A stretch of DNA of 64,000 nt, taken from positions 85,800-149,799 of the forward strand of contig JBBTRB010000003.1 of assembly GCA_038065395.1 (NCBI GenBank), written 5' to 3'. This DNA comes from Patescibacteria group bacterium (GTDB lineage: Bacteria > Patescibacteriota > Minisyncoccia > Phycocordibacterales > PALSA-1337). This document shows, one piece after another, positions 55,009 through 63,287 of the stretch (within the stretch, counting starts at the first letter, position 1; each line of letters opens with the position of its first letter). A program made the translations under genes and the position numbers. The notes under the pieces are model-generated. The model was not told where the DNA came from and did not search any database. It saw nothing but the letters and a program-made list of their open reading frames with translations.

Positions 55009-56937
55009 CTAACGTACAAAAGCGCGATTTTCAAGCCGGTCGAGTATCTCGATGATAGTACCTTCTTTGCCGGCCATGAGTAGTGTCTTGTTGTTGATGA
55101 ATGAGTACAAGAACAGGGTGTCTCCGGGGACTGTACGGAATACGCGAACATCCTTGTTTTGTATGATCCGGTCTTCGAATGATCCACGAATAGTAAAGTA
55201 GGTCGATGTCTCGACTGGAGCTGGAATAGTCGATGTTGCTATAGTTGAAGTTCCTGTTGGGGTTTCGGTCGGTGCAGAGATGGTTTCTCGAGCGGTTGTC
55301 GGGAGGAATGGCTTGAGATCGTCTACCATCAGCCTTTCCCATTGGAGCATACCTGCGAATGTGTTCTGGAAGAATTGAGTTGTGCCGATAACGAAGACGT
55401 CTCGTTCCCCTGTTGGGGTGGTGTATATGCCGAGAGTCCAGAGAGGTTCGAATGATCGTGCCAGGATGTCGGGCACCTCGATAGCTATGCGTGCGAGCAT
55501 ATCGGAGCTACTGACCTGAGTGTTTCCATCTGTTATGACGAGTTCATGGATCGTGCCTGGGTCGCGAGGCATTTCGATCTCGGCTCGGATCTTTTGGATA
55601 GCTGCTTGTGAAGCTAGGCCTCGTACGTCGACTCTCGACTGTGTATCAACAGGGATGATATCCGAAGCGACCACTCCTGGATCTTGTTGCTGTTGAGGGT
55701 TTTGTGATGGGAGAGGGACGAAGACGCTCTTGCTGTAGAGATAGTAAGCCCCAAAAAGTCCTGCACCGATGAAGAATGCACTCAGGAGTATGAGAATGAG
55801 CTTGAGAGTGTTGTGAGAACTGGTAGGAGTAGTTTCGGTTTGCTCGCTATCCCCCGCCTCTGCCTCCATCTCAGATGTCTTCTTTTGTGTATCTGCGGCG
55901 ATCGCAATAGAGGCCTTTGAGACTTGTTTGTGAGCCAGGATCTCGGCTACGTCGCTCTCGTAGGTACGGAGATTCTTGAGATCAGTCTTCTCCGGTGCCT
56001 GTATCTTGCTCGTTTGCTGGACAAGAGATCGGCCGCCAAGTGTTTTGGTTGCAGGATTGGCTGGAGAGTTCGGGTTACGGACGAAAGGGCTCGGACTCGG
56101 GCTCGGAGAAACGGGAGGCATATTCGCAGGGTTACCAAAAGCTGATACGAACGGCTTTGGCTGTCCCGGCATCATCGGTGTTGTAGGCTTTGTCAGAGTT
56201 GGTCCTCCGGCCGAGGGTTTTGGTGGAGGTTGCGATGGAGGTGGTGTCGACGATGGAGACATTGAAGACGTCTCAACTTTTGATGCAGTACTTGGAGCCG
56301 AAGGTGTCACTGCACCCATCCCTCCTTCGACCGGGGTGGTATTTGGGAAATTTTGCTGCAACGTAGGAGGAGTAGTGGATTTTGGAGCTGAAGGTGTGAA
56401 ATTATGAGGTTTTGCATCGAACGTGCCCTTGAAAGCCGGGATCTCTGGCAACGGCGGGAGTTTGATCTTCGGGGTCGGCTTTACCACAGGTGCGCTTTTT
56501 GTGGCGAAGACTCCAGGGGCTACATAGTTGGGGTCAAGGACATTCTTCGTCGGGGATTCTGTGGCCGTGCTCGGTTCCGTAGGCAGATTGATCGGTATAG
56601 GAGCAGACGTTTTCGGCTCAGTTGTGACTTTTGGTGGGACTGTTGGTATGGCGGACGGCGCCTTCGGTGTAGGAATAGGGGTCATGTTTACCTGTGGAGC
56701 CATTGTAGTCGCTACGATCTTCGGTGCTACGGGGATTTTCGGTAGAACCTTTTTGAGTTGGAATGTCTGCCCTGGCAAAGGCTCCGACTCTTCCTTGATC
56801 GGTGAGATGTTGTCTTCAGATATGTCGAATACCTGTTCTCCTCGAGAAACTTCCCCCTCTCCTTCTGGTGATGATGTGATGTCAGTATCTACTGGTAGTT
56901 GTGTATCTGGGTTCGGAATGAGGATGTCGTCGTTCAT
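55009..56937 (-). CDS. Proline-rich single-TM protein
   Basis: ~300-aa P/T/S-rich N-terminus, LRTYESDVAE, TM, C-terminal FAGMLQWE...FED.II.NKD.R. Confidence 0.75.
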   Translation of the reverse strand: MNDDILIPNPDTQLPVDTDITSSPEGEGEVSRGEQVFDISEDNISPIKEESEPLPGQTFQLKKVLPKIPVAPKIVATTMAPQVNMTPIPTPKAPSAIPTVPPKVTTEPKTSAPIPINLPTEPSTATESPTKNVLDPNYVAPGVFATKSAPVVKPTPKIKLPPLPEIPAFKGTFDAKPHNFTPSAPKSTTPPTLQQNFPNTTPVEGGMGAVTPSAPSTASKVETSSMSPSSTPPPSQPPPKPSAGGPTLTKPTTPMMPGQPKPFVSAFGNPANMPPVSPSPSPSPFVRNPNSPANPATKTLGGRSLVQQTSKIQAPEKTDLKNLRTYESDVAEILAHKQVSKASIAIAADTQKKTSEMEAEAGDSEQTETTPTSSHNTLKLILILLSAFFIGAGLFGAYYLYSKSVFVPLPSQNPQQQQDPGVVASDIIPVDTQSRVDVRGLASQAAIQKIRAEIEMPRDPGTIHELVITDGNTQVSSSDMLARIAIEVPDILARSFEPLWTLGIYTTPTGERDVFVIGTTQFFQNTFAGMLQWERLMVDDLKPFLPTTARETISAPTETPTGTSTIATSTIPAPVETSTYFTIRGSFEDRIIQNKDVRVFRTVPGDTLFLYSFINNKTLLMAGKEGTIIEILDRLENRAFVR

Positions 56938-57012
56938 ACGTATCATTATACTATTGTTCCTGTTGAAAAAAGAAGTGGATCAGTGGAACGTAGTATGTCA
57001 TACTTGGTACAT

Positions 57013-57636
57013 ATGGTATCTCCCCTGTTTCGATTTGCGCAAAAGAAGAATAAAAAAGGTTTTACACTCATCGAACTCCTGGTAGTCATGTCTATTATCG
57101 CAATGTTGTCGAGCGTCATCCTTGTATCTTTGAGAAGGGCTCGAGATAAGTCTCTGGATGCCAAGGTCAAACAGCAACTGAGGAATTTTAGAACAGCAGC
57201 TGAACTATACAAAGATGTGGTAGGTAATGGTACCTATGGAGGAGGGCAGGTTATGGCCGAAGATGGCAACGATGCAGGTATCACCATAGCCAACGGTTGT
57301 GCAGGTGGAATGTTTGGTCATTCAAGTATTGCTCCCTACTTTTTAAAATCAAATTATCCTGCATATGTTACAGATGCCATTACTTCGCCTCCAGATACAA
57401 ATTATGCATCTTGTATAGCAATTAGATTTCCAGATGAAGATGGAAATATTAGCACGGGTAACGCGACAAGGTATATGGTAACCGTAAGGTTGTCAGATAA
57501 TTCTTATTACTGCGTTGATTCATTGGGTAATAGTCTTACACGATTAACAAATCCAGTCAGGACTAGATCGACTATCAATGTACTAGGAGCCTTTTTTACA
57601 CTTGAAGATTGCAATAGTGTACTCAATTGTAACTAG
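57013..57636 (+). CDS. Type IV pilin / pseudopilin
   Basis: KKG-FTLIELLVVMSIIAMLSSVILVSL..AR class III signal; C-terminal YYCVDS and Cys residues; start uncertain (56995 or 57013). Confidence 0.88.
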   Translation: MVSPLFRFAQKKNKKGFTLIELLVVMSIIAMLSSVILVSLRRARDKSLDAKVKQQLRNFRTAAELYKDVVGNGTYGGGQVMAEDGNDAGITIANGCAGGMFGHSSIAPYFLKSNYPAYVTDAITSPPDTNYASCIAIRFPDEDGNISTGNATRYMVTVRLSDNSYYCVDSLGNSLTRLTNPVRTRSTINVLGAFFTLEDCNSVLNCN

Positions 57637-57656
57637 TCTTAATTAGGGCCTCGTGT

Positions 57657-59441
57657 TTACAATACCTTACCCCACTTCCCTATCCACTCCCTGAAATCTT
57701 CCCAGCCGAATTTTTTACCCTCAATACTATTCATATCTTTGAAAAAAGGTATCAGTAGTGACAGGTCGCTTTGTAAAAAGATTTCAGTTTGTTTGATGAT
57801 CTCATGTGTATCAGCATGCCAATAGTCTGGTTTGTGCGAATAGTACGCATCTAGTCGTCGATGATATTCGAGCGAATTCACGAGTCTGTGTTGTATACCA
57901 TTCAACACGAGACTTTGGATTGATGTGGTTGGATATTTCGATAATTGGCTGAGAGTCTGAGCAAGTTTTCCAATTGAGATATTTTCTTGCCCCATATTTT
58001 TCCGGATGGACTCCATCACGATCGTGGTGAGTGTCCATGTCGAATATGGTGCAGGTTTTGTATCTACGATCGGTGCGTATGCATGAGTGCGCCGATGTTC
58101 GACTGCATATGGGATAATCCCAGAGATATATTGAGGAAAACAGGTGTGTATGAGGTAGCCGAAGTTCGCATCCTCATTGGTGCCAACAGGTGGGAAAAAC
58201 GGCAACGGTTGTGAAGTGTCGAGTCCCATCACACCGAGATATTCTGCGCCACTGTACAACCTATACCCCTCTGCCATCCTCGCGATATTCGCCGATGACC
58301 TATTCTTCCTATACTCTTCCTCAGAATTTCCCCACAAGCTGTGCGGATGATCGGTATGATCTACCATCGTCGGTGGATGGGCTCGCATCCAGGAATGCCC
58401 GACGATTCCGGGGAATGTGACCGCAACTTTCTTGGAAGTGAGAGCTTGGCTGTGTATGTCTATGAATAAGGTGTTATTGATACCACCGAGTTCTGGGTCG
58501 AACTGGATATCCGCTGGTGAAATCTGTGAAATAAGCGAAGAGACGTTTTGTCCGAGTAGTTTCTCGTGCTCGCCGAGGTAGTCGACGTCCACAGTCGGGA
58601 AATAGTTCATTGCTTGTTCGTAGCTATCGAAGAACCATGAAGGCCGTGGTGGCATCGAGGAGATAGTGAGGGATTCAATGGTGGAGGTTGGCTTGTATCC
58701 GGGGAGTGTGTGCACAGTGCAGATCGTATCGTCATCCACCATGAGTATTTTTCTGCCTCGCGCATATAACATCAAGAAATTACGTAGTGCGCCGACATGG
58801 TTCTGGTCAGTATCGTCACCGCAGACAGTGAACTCGGCGATACTATACTCGACATTCTTATTCTTTGAGTACTCGTGTGCGAATTCCTTTCTCTTTGAAA
58901 TATCATGGTGAGAAATAGTCCCAGGGTATTTTTTCCTCAGTATATCTAGGGCGAGCCGATTCTTCTCCAAGAATTCCCTATCAGAATCATCCGCAACTAC
59001 AAATTCCGGTGTGCGGCCATATTTCATGACGTTTCCCATATAACTTTCGATACAACGAGCGAGTTCTGTTGGTCGGTTACGTGTTGGGATACCGATCATT
59101 TCTATCCTATTCGTCATCCCCGCATCTTTTCCTATCGAACCCACGATCTTCGCACGAATATCATCTTCAGATACGAGCAACCCAGCCTCAGCACATTTCT
59201 CTAATACCTCTACATACTGCGAAAAACTTCCCGTATGCTCTGCATAACGAGAAGTGTATATTTCGACATGACGTCGCAGAGTCTGCCAGGTATTGCTGTA
59301 GAGGAGGAGTGCCGTCTCGTCGGGTGCAAGATCGACGTATTTTCCCTGGCTGTCTATCCCTGAAACACGGTTACGTACTCCGTGATCGACCGGTTCCATA
59401 GAGATGAGATTGCATCTATATCGTTGGTCGGAGTCTTTCAT
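57657..59441 (-). CDS. GT-A-fold glycosyltransferase-like protein with N-terminal helical extension
   Basis: IGIPTRNRP..L.RC, VVADDS, GALRN, MVDDD, NEDANFG. Confidence 0.55.
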   Translation of the reverse strand: MKDSDQRYRCNLISMEPVDHGVRNRVSGIDSQGKYVDLAPDETALLLYSNTWQTLRRHVEIYTSRYAEHTGSFSQYVEVLEKCAEAGLLVSEDDIRAKIVGSIGKDAGMTNRIEMIGIPTRNRPTELARCIESYMGNVMKYGRTPEFVVADDSDREFLEKNRLALDILRKKYPGTISHHDISKRKEFAHEYSKNKNVEYSIAEFTVCGDDTDQNHVGALRNFLMLYARGRKILMVDDDTICTVHTLPGYKPTSTIESLTISSMPPRPSWFFDSYEQAMNYFPTVDVDYLGEHEKLLGQNVSSLISQISPADIQFDPELGGINNTLFIDIHSQALTSKKVAVTFPGIVGHSWMRAHPPTMVDHTDHPHSLWGNSEEEYRKNRSSANIARMAEGYRLYSGAEYLGVMGLDTSQPLPFFPPVGTNEDANFGYLIHTCFPQYISGIIPYAVEHRRTHAYAPIVDTKPAPYSTWTLTTIVMESIRKNMGQENISIGKLAQTLSQLSKYPTTSIQSLVLNGIQHRLVNSLEYHRRLDAYYSHKPDYWHADTHEIIKQTEIFLQSDLSLLIPFFKDMNSIEGKKFGWEDFREWIGKWGKVL

Positions 59442-59465
59442 CCCCGTAATGTACCATACAGGCGT

Positions 59466-59984
59466 TTATTTCCTACCACCTCTCAAGATATATTTGCTGG
59501 AGTTGACGTCAAGATCGGTGAAATGATCTGCAGCTTCGATGAGTTTGGCAGAAGTAGACTTGCCGAAAGAGACGACCTCTACTTGGCAACCTTGGTTCAT
59601 CTGGAGGTATTCGACGAGCGGTACGAAGTCCCCGTCCCCCGTTATGAGGATCACAGTGTCGAGCTTGGGTGAAAGTTTGACGGCGTCGATCGCGAGTCCG
59701 ACGTCCCAGTCGGCTTTCTTGGCACCAGAACTAAAGATCTGGAGATCTTTGACTTTGGTTTCGATACCCATCTTGGTGAGTGCGTCGAAGAAGCCACTTT
59801 CATCACCAGACTCGGTGGCGATCACGTAGGCGACTGCGCGGACAAGTTTGCGACCTTCGAGGGCATCTTTGACGATAGCACCGAAGTTGACCTTGGAATG
59901 ATAGAGATTTTTGCCACTATGATAGAGGTTCTGTGCGTCGATATATATGCCGACGCGTTGTTCTTTGTGTTTGATGACTGACAT
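59466..59984 (-). CDS. NYN domain (LabA/DUF88) protein
   Basis: YIDAQNL, KADWDVGLAIDA, TGDGDFVPLV. Confidence 0.92.
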   Translation of the reverse strand: MSVIKHKEQRVGIYIDAQNLYHSGKNLYHSKVNFGAIVKDALEGRKLVRAVAYVIATESGDESGFFDALTKMGIETKVKDLQIFSSGAKKADWDVGLAIDAVKLSPKLDTVILITGDGDFVPLVEYLQMNQGCQVEVVSFGKSTSAKLIEAADHFTDLDVNSSKYILRGGRK

Positions 59985-60104
59985 AAATTAGTTACAAGTT
60001 AAAAAGTATAAAGTAAAAGTAGACCTAAGACTCAATATATGAAAATTAATAAAAGCTCTGTAAGTATATGCGCTATCTACCTTCTTGTCACTTCGCTCAA
60101 TATT

Positions 60105-60194
60105 CGTCATCCCCGCGAAGGCGGGGATCTGCGCACAAGAATAGACAAATATTAACAGACTAGGTCATGGATCCCCGCCTTCGCGGGGATGACA
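60105..60194. mobile_element. 90-bp inverted doublet of the GIY-YIG-type palindrome (REPIN-like)
   Basis: CGTCATCCCCGCGAAGGCGGGGATC...GGATCCCCGCCTTCGCGGGGATGACA with ~40-nt spacer. Confidence 0.75.
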
Positions 60195-60221
60195 GGAATA
60201 TGGATGGGGTGACACACGAAA

Positions 60222-60488
60222 CTACTTCTTGAGATCGAGTTTCTTGATGATCGTAGAGTAGCGCTTTGGGTAGTTCTTCTTGAGGTAGTTGAGATGTGTC
60301 TGACGATCCGCGACCATACCGAGCAAGCCACGACGAGAATGGTTGTCTTTCTTGTGTTTCTTGAGGTGATCGGTCAACTCTACGATCTTCTTGGTGAGGA
60401 TCGCGACCTGGACTTCAGGAGAACCGGTATCCGTAGCGTGGATGCCTGTTTCTTTGATGATTTTGGTTTTTTGTCTGACACTCAACAT
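60222..60488 (-). CDS. rpsO: 30S ribosomal protein S15
   Basis: DTGSPEVQVAILT, HKKDNHSRRGLL. Confidence 0.97.
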   Translation of the reverse strand: MLSVRQKTKIIKETGIHATDTGSPEVQVAILTKKIVELTDHLKKHKKDNHSRRGLLGMVADRQTHLNYLKKNYPKRYSTIIKKLDLKK

Positions 60489-60545
60489 TGCTCAGCAATC
60501 GTAACATGAATACCTTATAAATACAAGTACTTATCAAAAATTTTA

Positions 60546-60573
60546 CCCCGGTGTGTCTTGCGACACACCGGGG
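60546..60573. terminator. Strong 12-bp hairpin
   Basis: CCCCGGTGTGTC-ttgc-GACACACCGGGG. Confidence 0.55.
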
Positions 60574-60864
60574 CGTACATTGGTTTTGTTTGGGAATGAG
60601 GCGATCAACACGGTCATCGCTGTGTAAGATGACCCAGGAGTTGTCCTCGTAGTTGACCCCCTAAGCGTCACCGGTACGGTATAAGCATAAGCGCCTTTCT
60701 CTTCGCTGGCCAGTTGGTACTGTGAGTGACGCCATAAAACAATAGGCGTCCCAATGGATGGTGTTGTGAAATTGCCACAACAAGAACATCCAGAGAGTAC
60801 AATATCATATCTAGTACTTTTGTCAAGTGCTCTCAGAAACGCATACTGCTACAATAGAGTAGTC

Positions 60865-61785
60865 ATGTCGCACAATATCTCCTCTCTCAAGCAGCAATTC
60901 CTAGAATACGTAGAGATCGAAAAGGGTCGTTCGGTCAAAACTGTTGAAAATTATGATCATTATCTCTCTGTTTTCATTCAACATTCGAAAGCCAAACAGC
61001 CGAGCGATATCACCGAGTCTGCTATCCGCGAATTCCGTCTATGGCTCAACCGCCAGTCTACAGGCAATAACCGCGCAACAGGAGCCACCCTCAAGAAAAA
61101 GACCCAGAACTACTACATGATTGCCATTCGCGCATTCCTCAAATATCTGGCCAAGTGCAATATCAAGACATTGAGCCCAGAATACATAGAGCTGGCCAAG
61201 ACGGGTGACAGACACCTCGATCTCATCTCTTCTGCAGAACTGGAGCGACTCCTTGACTGTCCCAAGGGTGACAGTCTCAGGGCGTTGAGAGATAGAGCCA
61301 TTCTTGAGATGCTTTTCTCTACAGGTTTGCGTGTATCTGAACTCTGCTCTCTCACTCGCGATATCGATATAACCGCTGACGACTTCTCTATTCGTGGCAA
61401 AGGAGACAAGATACGCGTAGTTTTCCTCTCCCCTGCCGCCAAGCAGATCCTCAAGAAATATCTCGACAAGCGTACTGATGCCGAGGACGCATTGTTCATA
61501 AAGATGGATGGTAAGGAGAATAAAGGCTCAGATTCAGGTCTTACTCGTCGCTCGATCGAGCGTATCGTCAAAGATCGCGCTGTAGAAGCTGGAATATCCA
61601 AAAAAGTCACTCCTCACGTCATTCGTCACTGTTTTGCCACCAATCTCCTTTCCAATGGTGCCGATCTGCGCTCAGTCCAGATGCTCCTCGGTCATGCCAA
61701 TATCAGTACTACGCAAATATATACCCATATCACCGACAACGAGCTCAAAAAGGTGCATCAGAAGTTTCATGGGAGGTCGAAATAG
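60865..61785 (+). CDS. Xer-type tyrosine recombinase
   Basis: RDRAILEMLFSTGLRVSEL, GKGDK.R, TPHVIRHCFAT.LL.NGADLRSVQ.LLGHA.ISTTQIYTH. Confidence 0.93.
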   Translation: MSHNISSLKQQFLEYVEIEKGRSVKTVENYDHYLSVFIQHSKAKQPSDITESAIREFRLWLNRQSTGNNRATGATLKKKTQNYYMIAIRAFLKYLAKCNIKTLSPEYIELAKTGDRHLDLISSAELERLLDCPKGDSLRALRDRAILEMLFSTGLRVSELCSLTRDIDITADDFSIRGKGDKIRVVFLSPAAKQILKKYLDKRTDAEDALFIKMDGKENKGSDSGLTRRSIERIVKDRAVEAGISKKVTPHVIRHCFATNLLSNGADLRSVQMLLGHANISTTQIYTHITDNELKKVHQKFHGRSK

Positions 61786-61802
61786 TGTGTTATTATTTTG
61801 TC

Positions 61803-62570
61803 ATGCGAATCATCTCCTGGAATGTCAACGGAATCCGAGCAAATGCGAAGAAAGGCGGCTTCGAATGGCTCGTCAATGAGTCTGCTGACATATTCTGTGT
61901 CCAAGAAACCAAGGCACACCCAGAACAACTAGAGGAAAGTGTCAGAAATCCTGCTGGATATCACTCCTATTTTGACCATTCCAAGGGTCGCAAAGGATAC
62001 AGTGGTGTAGCAGTATTCAGTAAAATAAAGCCAGAAAAAGTCGAGTATGGACTCGGGGTAGATGAGCTCGATCAAGAGGGTCGCTTCCTCGCCCTGTTTT
62101 TCAAGGATTTTGTATTCATAAATATCTACTTTCCCAACGGTGGTGGCGGTCCAGAACGTCTGGATTTCAAACTTCGCTATTATGAGGCCTTTTTGAAATA
62201 CGTGAATAAGCTCCGCGCAGCAGGTCATGAAATCGTCTTTTGTGGCGATATCAACACTGCTCATACTGCTATAGATCTGGCTCGACCCAAAGAAAACGAA
62301 GGAAATACAGGCTTTTTGCCGATTGAGCGTGCTTGGCTCGATAGTGTAGTCAAAGAGGGCTTCGTGGACACATTCCGACACTTCTACCCTACTGACGTGG
62401 GCAGATATACCTACTGGGATCAAAAGACTTTTGCACGAGAGCGCAATGTTGGATGGAGGATAGACTACTTTTTCGTGACGCCAGGACTCCTCGAAAGGCT
62501 CAAAAGCGTGGCAATTCTCGATAACGTATTGGGCTCAGATCATTGCCCTATCGAAATAGTTCTGAGATAG
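61803..62570 (+). CDS. xth: Exodeoxyribonuclease III / AP endonuclease
   Basis: ISWNVNGIRA, QETKA, GYSGVA, YFPNG, GDINTAH, GWRIDYF, SDHCP. Confidence 0.96.
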   Translation: MRIISWNVNGIRANAKKGGFEWLVNESADIFCVQETKAHPEQLEESVRNPAGYHSYFDHSKGRKGYSGVAVFSKIKPEKVEYGLGVDELDQEGRFLALFFKDFVFINIYFPNGGGGPERLDFKLRYYEAFLKYVNKLRAAGHEIVFCGDINTAHTAIDLARPKENEGNTGFLPIERAWLDSVVKEGFVDTFRHFYPTDVGRYTYWDQKTFARERNVGWRIDYFFVTPGLLERLKSVAILDNVLGSDHCPIEIVLR

Positions 62571-62617
62571 TTCTGTGGCTTAATAAGAGGCTATTAAATG
62601 AAATACAGCATCTATCT

Positions 62618-62804
62618 TGTCATTCCCGCGAAAGCGGGAATCCAGGATCACTTCCAGTATAGAGTTGATGCAAGTCATATAAACAATGAATGTGAAGGGT
62701 TCAGCATTTACTCACAAGGATAGTTTATAGTAGTTTGCGATTATATAAATATAAGTAAGTAACCATGCCCTTGCTCCTGGATTCCCGCTTTCGCGGGAAT
62801 GACA
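62618..62804 (-). mobile_element. 187-bp MITE-like derivative of the GIY-YIG element
   Basis: 28-bp TIRs; reverse complement aligns along its length with 35260-35446; remnant TYIYIIAN. Confidence 0.8.
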
Positions 62805-62868
62805 AAAAAAGCGAGGGTAACACATATAAAAAAATGTCTTGCAGATAGAGATTGTGGATAGCTCCAAT

Positions 62869-62921
62869 AAAAAACCGCGTTGGGTGTCTAGAGAACTAGT
62901 AAGACACGTAGCGCGGTTTTT
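62869..62921 (-). terminator. Long terminator-like hairpin
   Basis: AAAAAACCGCGTTGGGTGTCT...AGACACGTAGCGCGGTTTTT. Confidence 0.65.
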
Positions 62922-63226
62922 GAAGTTGCTGCTCGGGGTAAAAAAGAACAAGTCTTCTTCTATCCGAACGGTTCCTTAGATACGGTGTGCATTGCCCTTT
63001 GAAAAGTGGTTCCTCCGGAGGAGGACCTAATGAGATCGTAAGACAATATATGCACCGTTGTTTCCTAAGCAACAGAAGGACGAGGAAGGTTTACGAACAA
63101 CCTCCGCATCAACTTCATGAAAAGGAGAGCAGCCTACCCTGCTGCTAATTTTGTGGAAAGAGCTTTCGGTGTTCTATCGAGAAGATATTCTCTCTTCGCG
63201 ATACCTCGGGAACATCTCGAGGTCTG
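62869..63226 (-). ncRNA. Candidate ~350-nt non-coding RNA
   Basis: Between a consensus-like promoter and a terminator, no ORF >=60 aa on the minus strand starting in the body, multiple hairpins. Confidence 0.35.
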
Positions 63227-63232
63227 CACAAA

Positions 63233-63278
63233 AGTATATGTCCTTTAGATCAGTGTGTAAAGGACATACTGTGGATAA
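63233..63278 (-). promoter_or_regulatory. Sigma70-type promoter with upstream DnaA box
   Basis: TTTACA (63256-63261) -17nt- TATACT (63233-63238); TTATCCACA at 63270-63278. Confidence 0.6.
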
Positions 63279-63287
63279 CCTGCAGAT

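Noticed and set aside
59112-59123. CGTCATCCCCGC inside the glycosyltransferase-like gene as another palindrome copy
   Set aside because: Only the left half matches; no complementary arm, so it may be chance or an unrecognisable remnant.
60865-61785. Tyrosine recombinase as prophage/ICE integrase
   Set aside because: Sequence is XerC/D-like, sits among housekeeping genes, and no att repeats or phage genes are adjacent.
62712-62951. 79-aa ORF spanning the terminator and MITE
   Set aside because: Composite of hairpin and repeat sequence; only the TYIYIIAN segment is informative, as a GIY-YIG remnant.
62869-63226. Identification as tmRNA or RNase P RNA
   Set aside because: Hallmark motifs (tRNA-like ends with T-loop, GAGGAAAGTCC) not found on either strand; kept only as an unnamed candidate.
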